Notes under the pieces: generated by a model
What the model was told of the DNA's origin: nothing
Database searches by the model: none
The model's input: the letters and a program-made list of their open reading frames with translations, nothing else
Assembly: GCA_025356235.1 (NCBI GenBank)
Contig: JANXUL010000084.1
Coordinates: forward strand, 1-60,532
Direction: 5' to 3'
DNA from: Bacteroidota bacterium
Lineage (GTDB): Bacteria > Bacteroidota > Bacteroidia > Chitinophagales > Chitinophagaceae
DNA: 60,532 bases
Program-made: the position numbers and the translations under genes
Shown: positions 48,272 through 59,050 of the stretch, in pieces
Layout: each line of letters begins with the position of its first letter
Numbering within the stretch: the stretch's first letter is position 1

Positions 48272-50469
48272 CGTAAAACCCCTTCAGGGTTTTCAGGGTT
48301 TATATAAAACATCAAGGTTGCCAGACCTGTTTTCTCGGCATGTACGATCCTGAATAGGTGGTTACCCTCTTTCAGTTTCACGGTAATGTGGTGGTGGGTA
48401 TCTTCATCCAATGCTGCATATTTTGAATCCCATGCATCTATCACTTCTTTATCATCTATGAATAATTTTACAAAATCATCTCCGGTAACACCTATGTGAT
48501 AGGTTCCTTCCTTTAAAAACATTTTTGATACTGCCACGGTAGCAAAAGAATCTGCCGGTAAATTTTTGCCAATAGGTCCCCACCAGGTGTAATCAATTTT
48601 GTTGGCGGTTATGGATTGTACAGGAGTTTGGTTAAACAGATTTATAAAATCACCGAAACCTTTTGAAGGATCGTGTAACGCATCCCATTTATACCAGTTA
48701 ATTTCCCATTTTGCCAAAGGATCAAATTCTTTATATTCAAAAGAATGGGGGTTGTTACTGTCTAGCAACCTGCCGAAAATATTTTTAAAATCGGAGCCAT
48801 TGTAATCTAATTGTAAAGTCCGTTCTTGTTTTGTGGTATCTGCTTTTACAATAAGTGTGGAGGGAAAACTATCTGCACCTTTACTGATGATCTCAAATCC
48901 TGTGTATCCCTTTATTTGCCATCTTCCATTTGGACCGAGAATGTCAAAATGATACAGGCCGATGCTGTCTATTTCTTTCAACCATACAAGTGGGTAACGA
49001 AAATCATACGGTCCCCATTCTGTGATACGTATTTCTTTTTTTCCTTGCGGCAACGAGGTAAGCGGTAATTGGGTTGCGTTGATGGTTTTTAGCTTCTCAT
49101 CTTTCTGGTATTCCATATCAAGAAATTCCTCATCGCGCGAGGTATCAATATTATCTGCCCTATCGCCTATCAGCCATTTGTTATTTACAAACAGTTTAGT
49201 GTTTCCGCTAAGCACAACAGTATTTGTTCCCATAATATCAAAAGCCGTTTCAACGGAAGTAAAACGGTTGGCGGCTATCCAGTAATTCCTGCTTTCTGTA
49301 TTTCGAACATTGGCATATACCCAATCGGCAGGTTGCCTTTCCCTAGACCATAATTTTACGCCTGTTCTGTCATTGGTGAAACTGTTTAAAGCGATGTTGA
49401 TATCCTGGCCGTGTTCAATCGCAATGCCGATGCGGTTATTCTCAAATGTATTATCGGTAATATCTGTATCATAACTATAGCCGCCCCAAATGCCATGATC
49501 ACAATTGCGGATTATATTTTTCATGATCAGGTTCCGGCTAAAAGTTACCTCTATACCATTAGTGGGCGCGAATGAAAAATCGTTACCATATATAAAATTG
49601 TCATTACATCCGCCTTTACCTGTATCCATGGTAGTTTGGCCTGCCCATAAAAAAAAACCATCACCGCCATGTGTTGCGGTATTGAATGCGAAAATATTAT
49701 CGCTGCTTTGCTCAAAAACCAGAATAGCTGCGCTGTCCTGCCCGCGTTTGAACTTTCCATGACTGTATCCCCTTACATTATAATCAAGCCGGTTATGGTA
49801 TATTTTATTGTTGCTGCTCCGGTACAAGCCAATACCTATGCCTGAGTTAAAAGAAAAATTATTATCGTATACTTCGGCTTTTTCGCATTTCGTCATCATC
49901 AGTGCACATTGGCCACCCGTAACCGTATTGTTTGAAATGATCGCCTTGCTACAATTTTTCAGATAAATAGCTGCACCATACCTGAGCCACTCATCGTTTT
50001 CATTTTTGTGATAGCTCATCCAATCACTTATATCTTCCCGTTCCAGGTTACTATGTAAATGCTGCCGCCAGTTATAACTGAGATCACAGTTTTCAATAGT
50101 GAGATTCTCAACACTATCGGCCAGGATGGCTATTTTATACCCATGTATAAAAGCGTTTTTGATGATGATATTTTTGGAACCTTTTTTGATACGTATGGCT
50201 AGGCCATAAAATTCATTGGGATTTACTTTCTCGTTTGACCCTTGTAAAATAGAATGATTGAAATCAATCGATATATTTTCTCCTTCTATTACGATTAATG
50301 AAGCGGAAAGAGGGATGCCTGCATTCAGGTTGTAATTTTCGCGTGCAATGATTACTGATTCCCTGATAATCATACCTGCCTGTAAATGGATAGTGGGAAT
50401 GGCTTTTACTATTAATCCAATTAACAAGAATGCAATGACTATTAAAAGCCTCTGTAAATTTCTACGCAT
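48268..50469 (-). CDS. Secreted right-handed beta-helix (NosD/pectate-lyase-like) protein with C-terminal PA14 domain
   Basis: Asn-ladder repeats (DNNFSFNSGIGIGLY, GNDFSFAPTNGIE); PA14 DSFATVA..GDDFVKLFID..DAWD. Confidence 0.85.
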   Translation of the reverse strand: MRRNLQRLLIVIAFLLIGLIVKAIPTIHLQAGMIIRESVIIARENYNLNAGIPLSASLIVIEGENISIDFNHSILQGSNEKVNPNEFYGLAIRIKKGSKNIIIKNAFIHGYKIAILADSVENLTIENCDLSYNWRQHLHSNLEREDISDWMSYHKNENDEWLRYGAAIYLKNCSKAIISNNTVTGGQCALMMTKCEKAEVYDNNFSFNSGIGIGLYRSSNNKIYHNRLDYNVRGYSHGKFKRGQDSAAILVFEQSSDNIFAFNTATHGGDGFFLWAGQTTMDTGKGGCNDNFIYGNDFSFAPTNGIEVTFSRNLIMKNIIRNCDHGIWGGYSYDTDITDNTFENNRIGIAIEHGQDINIALNSFTNDRTGVKLWSRERQPADWVYANVRNTESRNYWIAANRFTSVETAFDIMGTNTVVLSGNTKLFVNNKWLIGDRADNIDTSRDEEFLDMEYQKDEKLKTINATQLPLTSLPQGKKEIRITEWGPYDFRYPLVWLKEIDSIGLYHFDILGPNGRWQIKGYTGFEIISKGADSFPSTLIVKADTTKQERTLQLDYNGSDFKNIFGRLLDSNNPHSFEYKEFDPLAKWEINWYKWDALHDPSKGFGDFINLFNQTPVQSITANKIDYTWWGPIGKNLPADSFATVAVSKMFLKEGTYHIGVTGDDFVKLFIDDKEVIDAWDSKYAALDEDTHHHITVKLKEGNHLFRIVHAEKTGLATLMFYINPENPEGVLR

Positions 50470-50519
50470 CTTTAAAATTAACGAAAGCTGCCGATTGTTA
50501 AAGAGTAGATTACCCAATA

Positions 50520-53069
50520 TTAAAATTGCAGACGAACACTTCCGAAAACCCCAAAATCATTTGTATTTGATTTAAAGAGCAGAGGGTTTAACCCAGGTGG
50601 TATATTTCGTAAAGGTGCATTGCGCCATACAAAGTCTATCCGGAACAATTTGAAAATATTTTCAAACCCGGTTCCTATTTCAGTATAGAAACCACCGCGT
50701 AATGAGCGTAAGCGGTATTCATTGTAATATTCAATACGATTGAGTGCCCTGCTTTTATCGGTGAGGTTGCCCCACACACTTTTAAAGTTCCAGAACTGGC
50801 GCATATTGGATTTGCGCATAAAAGGCAGCAGGTTCAGGAATTTCTTTTCAAGGTTATGTTCAATATTAATACCGGCAAATTTGTCGCTAACATATTCAAA
50901 CCTGTTCATCAGGTTAAAAGATTGTTTATTATAATAGTAGATCTCATTGCCGGGATGGGTTTCCAATAACATAAAGGGAAGTGATTCATCTGTAAAGATT
51001 TTTCCGCCATATACCATATAATTAAGTTTGCCCCAACGCGGTATGCGCACGCCTTGTGAAATGTTGGCATTTAAACGTAGGTACTGATAGTTTGAGCGGA
51101 ATACGTTTTTGATACCCCATGCCCCCCTCACTTCAAATATGGGCAGATTACTTTTTAGTTTTACCTCTTTTCTATGACGGGCAAATGTTCTTTCACCGGG
51201 TGCATATCTCAAGCGTAAACCAGCTTCAGAACTGGCGATCTGACTCTGCGTTGCGTGACTTAATAGAGAGGATGTGGTAGGCAAAGGGTTAAATGTTTCG
51301 AAGCTGGTGCGTGTAAAAAAGGGTTGTACTGAAAACTTGTTTTTCCATTCTTTAGTAATGGCTATTTTGATTTCTTCCACCCCGAGGAATTTCTGGGGGA
51401 TATTCGGACGGCGAATCAACTGACTGAAAATATTATCAGTGGTAATGTCTTCATCATTGTAACGCGTTCTGCCATTATCAAGGTCGTGCGTAAAAGAACT
51501 GAACAGCGTAATGCCCATATCGCCGGGCAATTTATAGGTAACATCTGCGCGGCCTTTAAAACGGGCGTCTTTAAAACCATAAGCCAGGTAGCCATGCAGG
51601 CGAAGGTATTTACTGAATTGTTCGGTAGTGCCGAGATCAAACCGGGTACGCAGACGTTCCAGCTGGTTGCCACTAATCCACTTATACCAGGGACCTATTT
51701 CTATATCACCATATTTTTTATGCCCATCAAAAATAAAGGTGAGTGCTTTGGTATATTTGATAAAAGCAGGAATGGTTTTTATTGTATCCATCATCCGGTA
51801 AACTTTCTGCTCATTGCTGCTGAGCTCTTCATGCCGCTGCAGGCTCCAGAACTGTGTGTCTTTATCCCTGGCCGCGTCATCCACTATAACTTCTTCTTTT
51901 TGTGCGTTTGTAGCCAGTTTTTTTGTAATGTAGGGATCATTTACTTTAACATCTTTATAAGTACTTGTTTTCCGTGCAATGAACGATAATTTTTCTTTTC
52001 CGAAGGGGGTAAAGTCTATCACTGTTTTATCTTTGGCAAACATCCATGCACTATCCGGCCGCAGGCTGAATTCCTGTAGTATACTTAACCTATTCACATA
52101 ATTGATATTGGCGGTTGCTGATATGTTAAGGTTAATCCGGTAAATACCCCAGTTGCCTCCATGTATCCAGCAATCACCACTGAATGTGTTTTCCCCCTCT
52201 CTTTTTGGTGTGAATAATAAGTGCAGGTAACGTTGCCCTGAAATATATTGCGTATCGGCCCCTTTATAATTATAGTATTTATCACCCACATCACTTAAAG
52301 GGCTGATGAACTCTTTGCCCAATGCATTGGTAAAATTTTCATACACATTTACTTTCTGGTTAATGCCCCCTATGAACTGGAGCATACTTTCATTTTTCAT
52401 CCCTTCGGTTTTGGCTGCTTTTATCTCTTCACGAACTTTACGCGGATCAGTGGAATAATAATAATCCGATAAAGCTTCTGTCATATATATCGGGAGAAAA
52501 GGTTTATGGTCTGAAACACTGTCAATATTGTCTAACAGGAAAACAAAAGGTTTCAGTAGTTTTTTATCTGTGAAATATTTTCGGCTTACATTATTAATAT
52601 CCAGTTCCATCTTATTGTATAACTCGTAAGAATAGTTCTGGTATTTGTAAGGATTATTTTTTGCCTTATTGGCAACAATGAACTTCCACCACCTGAGGCC
52701 TTTGTTGAATTTACTTTTTACTTCCACTGTATTGGCCTGTTTCAGTTCGCGAAGTATGAGTTCTACATCGGCAGTATCTTTTGTGGTGTTGCGGATGCGT
52801 TTATATACATCGGCAAAGCCTACATAACTCACCACCAAAGTATCATCCAGGTTATGACTAAGCCTTACGATGAAATTACCTGCACTGTCGCTGGTAGAGC
52901 CAAAGCCGGCTTTCTTCCAAAATATACTTGCGAATGGAACGGGTTCTTTGGTAAAATCATTCATGACCTTGCCGTGTATATTGCCACGTTGCGACCAAAC
53001 GGAGGAACACATCAATAGCGTACACAAAAATAAAAACGCTTTACACCGGGGAAAGTCAACTCTCATCAA
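50520..53069 (-). CDS. DUF5686 / carboxypeptidase-regulatory-domain outer-membrane protein
   Basis: TKEPVPFASI..VSYVGF, YELYNK, FISPLS, GYLAYGFKD, FNLMNRFEYVSD, ENIFKLFRIDF, C-terminal F. Confidence 0.9.
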   Translation of the reverse strand: MMRVDFPRCKAFLFLCTLLMCSSVWSQRGNIHGKVMNDFTKEPVPFASIFWKKAGFGSTSDSAGNFIVRLSHNLDDTLVVSYVGFADVYKRIRNTTKDTADVELILRELKQANTVEVKSKFNKGLRWWKFIVANKAKNNPYKYQNYSYELYNKMELDINNVSRKYFTDKKLLKPFVFLLDNIDSVSDHKPFLPIYMTEALSDYYYSTDPRKVREEIKAAKTEGMKNESMLQFIGGINQKVNVYENFTNALGKEFISPLSDVGDKYYNYKGADTQYISGQRYLHLLFTPKREGENTFSGDCWIHGGNWGIYRINLNISATANINYVNRLSILQEFSLRPDSAWMFAKDKTVIDFTPFGKEKLSFIARKTSTYKDVKVNDPYITKKLATNAQKEEVIVDDAARDKDTQFWSLQRHEELSSNEQKVYRMMDTIKTIPAFIKYTKALTFIFDGHKKYGDIEIGPWYKWISGNQLERLRTRFDLGTTEQFSKYLRLHGYLAYGFKDARFKGRADVTYKLPGDMGITLFSSFTHDLDNGRTRYNDEDITTDNIFSQLIRRPNIPQKFLGVEEIKIAITKEWKNKFSVQPFFTRTSFETFNPLPTTSSLLSHATQSQIASSEAGLRLRYAPGERTFARHRKEVKLKSNLPIFEVRGAWGIKNVFRSNYQYLRLNANISQGVRIPRWGKLNYMVYGGKIFTDESLPFMLLETHPGNEIYYYNKQSFNLMNRFEYVSDKFAGINIEHNLEKKFLNLLPFMRKSNMRQFWNFKSVWGNLTDKSRALNRIEYYNEYRLRSLRGGFYTEIGTGFENIFKLFRIDFVWRNAPLRNIPPGLNPLLFKSNTNDFGVFGSVRLQF

Positions 53070-53303
53070 AATCTCACAAAAATTTATACACGGGGGTTAG
53101 ATAAACACTGATTCTATCGTGGATTGGATTTTAGAAGGGTGTTTTAATGGCTTCTGGAGGAGAAGCCTTAAATTCCTAAGGGTACAATTTAAGACGTTTT
53201 ATTGATTAATTAGCCTGTCATAAAAATTCCCTTTTACACATTGAAAACTGTAATAATGTGAATAGTAGGGCCTGAGGCTGACAATTTTGCATTTTCGGCC
53301 GGA

Positions 53304-53318
53304 TGGCATGGTGATTGC
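53304..53318 (+). promoter_or_regulatory. Sigma54-type -24/-12 promoter upstream of dnaK
   Basis: TGGCAT-GGTGA-TTGC, GG-N10-GC spacing exact. Confidence 0.6.
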
Positions 53319-53356
53319 CTAAAGAAATTTAATTATTAATAAGAAATTCAAAATTT

Positions 53357-55276
53357 ATGGGTAAAATAATAGGAATTGACCTAGGAACAACCAACAGTTG
53401 TGTGGCCGTTATGGAAGGTAACGAGCCGGTAGTGATTGCCAATGATGAAGGGCGCAGAACCACGCCTTCGGTTGTGGCTTTCCTGAAAAATGGTGAGCGT
53501 AAGGTTGGAGACCCTGCCAAAAGACAGGCCATCACCAATCCGCAGAACACTATCAGTAGTGTAAAACGTTTTATGGGTCGCCGTTACGACGAAGTGACCG
53601 AAGAAATCAGTCATTGGAGTTATAAAGTGGCCAAAGGTGACAATAATACGGTTCGTGTGGCTATTGATGACCGTTTATATACTCCACAGGAGATTTCCGC
53701 CATGATTCTTCAAAAAATGAAGAAAACAGCCGAAGATTATCTTGGACATGAGGTAACCGAAGCAGTTATTACCGTTCCGGCTTATTTTAATGATGCGCAG
53801 CGCCAGGCAACCAAAGAAGCCGGTGAAATTGCAGGATTAACTGTACGCAGGATAGTAAATGAGCCAACCGCAGCAGCATTGGCTTATGGATTGGATAAAA
53901 AGCATGCGGATCAGAAAATCGCGGTTTTTGACCTGGGTGGCGGAACATTCGATATCTCTATTCTCGAATTGGGTGATGGTGTATTTGAAGTAAAATCAAC
54001 CAATGGTGATACACATTTGGGGGGAGATGATTTTGATAAAGTGATCATGGATTGGTTGGCTGATGAATTTAAATCACAGGAAGCCATTGACCTGCGTAAA
54101 GACCCGATGGCTTTGCAGCGTTTGAAAGAAGCCTCAGAAAAAGCAAAAGTTGAATTGAGTTCTTCTTCTGAAACAGAGATCAATCTTCCTTATATCACTG
54201 CCGTGGATGGGGTACCCAAACACCTGGTGGTAAAATTGAGCCGTGCAAAATTTGAGCAGTTAGCAGATAAATTATTCGCCCGTTGCTTAAAACCATGCGA
54301 AGACGCATTGAAAGATGCAGGATATAATATTTCTCAGATTGATGAAGTGATATTGGTAGGCGGTTCAACTCGTATCCCTAAAGTGCAGGAGATTGTAGAA
54401 AAATTCTTCGGTAAAAAACCAAACAAAGGGGTTAATCCCGATGAGGTAGTTGCTTTGGGTGCAGCCATACAAGGTGCTGTATTAACCGGAGAAGTGAAAG
54501 ATGTTTTGTTGCTGGATGTTACGCCATTAGGCTTGGGTATTGAAACCATGGGCGGTATCATGACAACCATGATCTCATCCAACACTACTATACCAACCAA
54601 AAAAACAGAAGTATATTCTACGGCCAGCGATAACCAGCCCGGTGTACAGATACATGTATTGCAGGGAGAAAGGCCTATGGCAAACCAGAATAAAAGCCTG
54701 GGTATGTTTAACCTGGATGGCATCCCCCCTGCACCACGCGGTGTACCACAAATTGAAGTAACGTTCGATATTGATGCCAATGGTATGTTGCATGTAAGTG
54801 CAAAAGATAAAGGCACCGGTAAAGAACAAAAGATACGCATAGAAGCAGGTAGTGGCTTAAGCAAAGAAGAAGTAGAAAAAATGAAAGCCGAAGCCAAAGC
54901 CAATGAAGCCTCTGATAAAGAAGCGAGGGAGAAAGTAGAAAAACTCAATGCCGCGGATAGCATGATCTTCCAGACCGAGAAGCAGTTCAAGGAATTTGGT
55001 GAGAAGATATCTGCCGACAAAAAAGTACCTATTGAAACCGCTTTGGAAAAATTAAAAGAAGCCCACAAAAACCATGATATTGCAGGTATTGATACAGCTA
55101 TGGCTGAGATGAATACTGCCTGGACCGCTGCCAGTGAAGAAATTTACAAAGCACAGGCCGAAACAGGTGCAGCCGGTGGCGCGCAACCAGGAACTGATGC
55201 TGGTGCACACGCTAATGCAGGTGCACAGGCAGGTGGTGAAACGGTTACGGATGCAGAGTTTGAAGAGGTGAAGTAA
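53357..55276 (+). CDS. dnaK: Chaperone DnaK
   Basis: [35 protein letters not shown]-terminal DAEFEEVK. Confidence 0.99.
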   Translation: MGKIIGIDLGTTNSCVAVMEGNEPVVIANDEGRRTTPSVVAFLKNGERKVGDPAKRQAITNPQNTISSVKRFMGRRYDEVTEEISHWSYKVAKGDNNTVRVAIDDRLYTPQEISAMILQKMKKTAEDYLGHEVTEAVITVPAYFNDAQRQATKEAGEIAGLTVRRIVNEPTAAALAYGLDKKHADQKIAVFDLGGGTFDISILELGDGVFEVKSTNGDTHLGGDDFDKVIMDWLADEFKSQEAIDLRKDPMALQRLKEASEKAKVELSSSSETEINLPYITAVDGVPKHLVVKLSRAKFEQLADKLFARCLKPCEDALKDAGYNISQIDEVILVGGSTRIPKVQEIVEKFFGKKPNKGVNPDEVVALGAAIQGAVLTGEVKDVLLLDVTPLGLGIETMGGIMTTMISSNTTIPTKKTEVYSTASDNQPGVQIHVLQGERPMANQNKSLGMFNLDGIPPAPRGVPQIEVTFDIDANGMLHVSAKDKGTGKEQKIRIEAGSGLSKEEVEKMKAEAKANEASDKEAREKVEKLNAADSMIFQTEKQFKEFGEKISADKKVPIETALEKLKEAHKNHDIAGIDTAMAEMNTAWTAASEEIYKAQAETGAAGGAQPGTDAGAHANAGAQAGGETVTDAEFEEVK

Positions 55277-55311
55277 GCGCTGATTACACTGATTTCAATA
55301 TGATTTATATG

Positions 55312-55344
55312 AAAGCTCCTACATTTTGTGGGAGCTTTTCTTTT
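55312..55344 (+). terminator. Terminator after dnaK
   Basis: aaagctcctaca-ttt-tgtgggagctttt plus cttt tail. Confidence 0.85.
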
Positions 55345-55405
55345 ATCTCAGATATGAATCACGTAACGAATATTGAATAGTGTTTATACCTGATAAATAT
55401 TTTTA

Positions 55406-56521
55406 TTACCTGATATAAGTAATCTTATTTCCAGTAAATAAATACGGAATACAATTGCAATCACAGTTTCTTTTTTCTACAGAAAGAGAACTTATATTTT
55501 CCAATTTAACGATCATGGATGTGTTTGGTATCAACGTATTTCCGGTAAAAGGAAAATTAGGGTATCCTAACGTGTAGCAATAGGTATTGCCATCAGCCGT
55601 TACATCCGAAAATTTTCGGTTGATGAGGCCAGTGTTCTGGGTATCAAAATAATAAACACCTGTTTTAAGACCGGGGATAGAAGTACCAACAGAAAAGGCA
55701 AGTTGTGATGGGATGACATTATCAGGTACCAATGCAATGTTACTGTCTTCGGCACCTTTTTTTGTAGTATACCTGAACCAATTACCTTGTGCCGTTCCCA
55801 CTTTATCTAAAAGAAACTCACCCCAGACAGGAGGGGCTGTACGCCTTGTTTTACCATCGAAACTACCTAATTTAGGTTCCATCATTGCACGTGCGGCCGC
55901 ATCGAAATAATCCAATGGATTGGCCCCCAGATTTTTTATTGTCACGCCAAGGTCCATACCTGCCAAACCGTTGTTTGTATTGGCAATACCTAATATCTCT
56001 CCAAGTACAGCAGCTAAAGAAACGGAAGCAAAACATTGCTGATAGGTGCTTCCCCCGGTAGCATATGAAACGTCGCAGGATACCCCGATAAAATTATTTA
56101 CCGCAGCCAGTAATCGGGGCGAGAGCATACTTACATGACCCCAATACATATAGCTGCTATCCGATCCCAAAACGATGGTATAATCATAATGGTCATTTGT
56201 TAAACCGGCATTATAATGTGTTCTGCCGATCCTTAGGATATGTATATTCCCTGGAGATTTAATATTTAAGGAAGCTTTATTAGTAAAGCAATAAAAATAC
56301 ATATGGTCGGTAGGAAAAGTGTGCCCTGGCGGGTTCAGGTTCCCCAATGGCACCAATGCTGTTACATCTGCAGTATCGAATGGGGGAACAGTGAGAGAAC
56401 CTTTTACAAGTTCATAAGCAGGATTAGATGAATCATTGTTATTATTGCTACTATCATTCTTTTTGCAGGAAAGTAAAGACAAAACCAAGACAGTTACCCG
56501 CAGTAGGGTTGTACGATTCAT
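55406..56521 (-). CDS. Hypothetical lipoprotein with degenerate M23/LytM-like fold
   Basis: Lipobox LLSC-KK; GHTFPTDH, IKSPG, YWGHVS, LGEILG, GMDLGV, NPLDYF. Confidence 0.7.
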   Translation of the reverse strand: MNRTTLLRVTVLVLSLLSCKKNDSSNNNNDSSNPAYELVKGSLTVPPFDTADVTALVPLGNLNPPGHTFPTDHMYFYCFTNKASLNIKSPGNIHILRIGRTHYNAGLTNDHYDYTIVLGSDSSYMYWGHVSMLSPRLLAAVNNFIGVSCDVSYATGGSTYQQCFASVSLAAVLGEILGIANTNNGLAGMDLGVTIKNLGANPLDYFDAAARAMMEPKLGSFDGKTRRTAPPVWGEFLLDKVGTAQGNWFRYTTKKGAEDSNIALVPDNVIPSQLAFSVGTSIPGLKTGVYYFDTQNTGLINRKFSDVTADGNTYCYTLGYPNFPFTGNTLIPNTSMIVKLENISSLSVEKRNCDCNCIPYLFTGNKITYIR

Positions 56522-56803
56522 AAGTACTGTTTTGAGTGAATTAAAGTTACACGAAAAAGGTTTGAAAGTAGATGCATCTTCTCTTTAGGGTGTTGCCTGT
56601 AAAAATTATTGCTTTTTCTGTTTCTTTTCCAAAATGGAGAGCATTTTATGGCACTGACCGGCATAGATTTTCCTGTAGCTATCTGCTGAGGTAAACTTTT
56701 TCTAACAAAAAAAAGATGATCAACCCATCAATAAAAACACTTTTTAATTTTATTGTACATTCAATTCTTTACTATCATATTTGTAATAGAATAAATCAGT
56801 TTT

Positions 56804-57868
56804 ATGGCCAAACTTTTTGAACCACTTACCATACGTTCCATCACTTTGCAAAACAGGATAGTTGTATCACCGATGTGCGAATATTCTTCCCATGATGGAT
56901 TTGCGAATGATTGGCATTTGGTACATCTGGGTAGCCGTGCAGTAGGCGGTGCAGGGTTAATCATTTCTGAAGCATGCGCTGTTTCACCCGAAGGGAGGAT
57001 TACAGAATTTGATCTCGGCATATGGAAAAATGAACATATTGTTAAACTTGAACCGATCACAAAATTTATAAAAGCGCAAGGGGGAGTGCCAGGTATACAA
57101 TTGGCCCATGCGGGCAGAAAAGCCAGTTGTGCAGAACCATGGAAAGGTGGGCAACAAATACCCATTTCAGAAGGTGGATGGCAAATTGTTGCACCCAGCC
57201 CCACTCCGTTTAAAGAAGGGACTATGTTACCTCATGTTTTAACGAAAGAAGGAATACAACAGGTAGTCGAGGATTTCAAAAATGCAACGATTCGTGCAGA
57301 AAAAGCAGGATTCCAGGTAATAGAGATACATGCAGCCCATGGTTATTTGTTACACCAATTTTTTTCACCATTAAGTAATTTCCGTACAGATGAATATGGA
57401 GGTGTTTTTGAGAACCGTATCCGTTTATTAATGGAGGTGGTAACAGCTGTTAAATCCGTATGGCCCGAAAGCCTGCCATTATTTGTTCGCATCTCGGCAA
57501 CAGATTGGGTAGAAGGTGGATGGGATATTACAGATTCGATAAAACTCTCCCAATTATTAAAAGCAACAGGCATTGATCTGATAGATTGTTCATCGGGTGG
57601 TAATGCCGGTAATGCCAAGATTCTATTGCAGCCCGGCTACCAGGTTCCTTTTGCCAAAAAGATAAAACATGAGGCAAATATATTAACAGGGGCAGTTGGT
57701 TTGATAACTGAAGCGCAGCAGGCAGAAAATATATTGATTAATGAGGAAGCTGACCTGGTAATATTAGCCCGTGAATTGTTGCGTGATCCATATTTCCCTT
57801 TGCATGCTGCTGCACTATTACAGCATGATGTGGAATGGCCTGTCCAATATCAACGTGCTAAGCAATAA
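56804..57868 (+). CDS. NADH:flavin oxidoreductase (Old Yellow Enzyme, YqjM/NamA type)
   Basis: NRIVVSPMCEY, QLAHAGRKA, EIHAAHGYLLHQF, RTDEYGG, RELLRDPY. Confidence 0.95.
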   Translation: MAKLFEPLTIRSITLQNRIVVSPMCEYSSHDGFANDWHLVHLGSRAVGGAGLIISEACAVSPEGRITEFDLGIWKNEHIVKLEPITKFIKAQGGVPGIQLAHAGRKASCAEPWKGGQQIPISEGGWQIVAPSPTPFKEGTMLPHVLTKEGIQQVVEDFKNATIRAEKAGFQVIEIHAAHGYLLHQFFSPLSNFRTDEYGGVFENRIRLLMEVVTAVKSVWPESLPLFVRISATDWVEGGWDITDSIKLSQLLKATGIDLIDCSSGGNAGNAKILLQPGYQVPFAKKIKHEANILTGAVGLITEAQQAENILINEEADLVILARELLRDPYFPLHAAALLQHDVEWPVQYQRAKQ

Positions 57869-57881
57869 GCAAAGCAGTTTT

Positions 57882-58100
57882 TTATTTTTCTGACATTCGT
57901 ATATATAACTCTTCTACTTTTTTTCTTGCCCAGGGTGTTTTACGCAGGAATTTGAGGCTTGATTGGATACTTGGGTTACTGTTAAAGCAATTGATAGGGA
58001 TATGTTGTCCGAGGTCTTCCCAACCAAAATGCGCTACCAGTTCTGTAACAATTTTTTCTAATGTTATGCCATGCAGCGGGTCATTGTGGTGTTGTTCCAT
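57882..58100 (-). CDS. VF530/DUF2132 family small DNA-binding protein
   Basis: [41 protein letters not shown]. Confidence 0.92.
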   Translation of the reverse strand: MEQHHNDPLHGITLEKIVTELVAHFGWEDLGQHIPINCFNSNPSIQSSLKFLRKTPWARKKVEELYIRMSEK

Positions 58101-58159
58101 ACCTGAAGATTTCTGGTTGTAATAATAATGCAATTTTTTTCAACTTTATGGCTACAAAC

Positions 58160-58188
58160 AAAAACCCCCTGGCTTTTATACCTGGGGG
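58160..58188 (-). terminator. Terminator after the TonB-C gene
   Basis: aaaaaccccctgg..cctggggg. Confidence 0.6.
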
Positions 58189-58227
58189 CTGATAAACAAT
58201 TGCTTCTGTAAAACGATCGTAAATTTT

Positions 58228-58854
58228 TTAATTTATTTTGAAGCTGATCGGTAAAGTATAGTAACTTTTTACATTATGCCCTTTAATCTGACCTGGGTTC
58301 CACCTGGGCATTTTGCTTACTACATTTAATGCTGCATCATCTAAACCGTACCCGGCCCTGTCGCCTTTGACCATTGGCGTATATACTTTTCCATTTTCAT
58401 CCACTGCAAAAATAACATCTACGCTACTTTCAACCCCATTCTCTAAAGCATTTTCAGGATACACGATATTATCCTGTATGAATTTTGCTAAAGCTTTTTG
58501 TCCGCCCGGATAAGATGGTCTGATTTCGGTCCTGTTATAAATACCTTCTTTATCCATTTCTATAACCATTTTTGCATATTGCTGCTCGTACTCTTTATCC
58601 ATATCTGCCTGGAAAACCACTACACCCTTACCACGTACTTTAGCAGGATTAGGTTTTGCAGTACCTTGCATAACCATTTCTTTTTTTACGGAATCTTTAT
58701 GGACTAAAATGATTGAATCAGCTGTAGTTTTCGCCTGAATGGAATCTGCCGCAGCCGCATTTGAATCTGTGCCTGATTTACAGGAAACTATTGCGAATAC
58801 AACTGTAAAGATGCCTAATATGAGCGGCAACAGCTTTGTGTTATTCTTTTTCAT
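58228..58854 (-). CDS. TonB C-terminal domain protein, probable lipoprotein
   Basis: IVSC lipobox; PSYPGG..YPENALENGVE..FAVDENG..LDDAALNVV..WNPG..LPISF. Confidence 0.88.
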   Translation of the reverse strand: MKKNNTKLLPLILGIFTVVFAIVSCKSGTDSNAAAADSIQAKTTADSIILVHKDSVKKEMVMQGTAKPNPAKVRGKGVVVFQADMDKEYEQQYAKMVIEMDKEGIYNRTEIRPSYPGGQKALAKFIQDNIVYPENALENGVESSVDVIFAVDENGKVYTPMVKGDRAGYGLDDAALNVVSKMPRWNPGQIKGHNVKSYYTLPISFKIN

Positions 58855-59050
58855 TCTTGATTTATTTGGTAATATATAATTTGTAAGTAATACGTGTATG
58901 ACAATTTTTTCAATAAGTCTAATGAAGAATAGTTTACTGTGCAAATGTCTTATCAACACACCGGATACTGTTACACAACTATGGTAATAAATTGCATAAT
59001 TCACAGTTTGTATAGTGTCTGGTCAGACATATATCTTTAATTTACATTGC

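Noticed and set aside
54334-55068. Long antisense ORFs (244 aa opposite dnaK; others opposite smc, ftsE, fbaA)
   Set aside because: Shadow frames of conserved genes caused by codon bias
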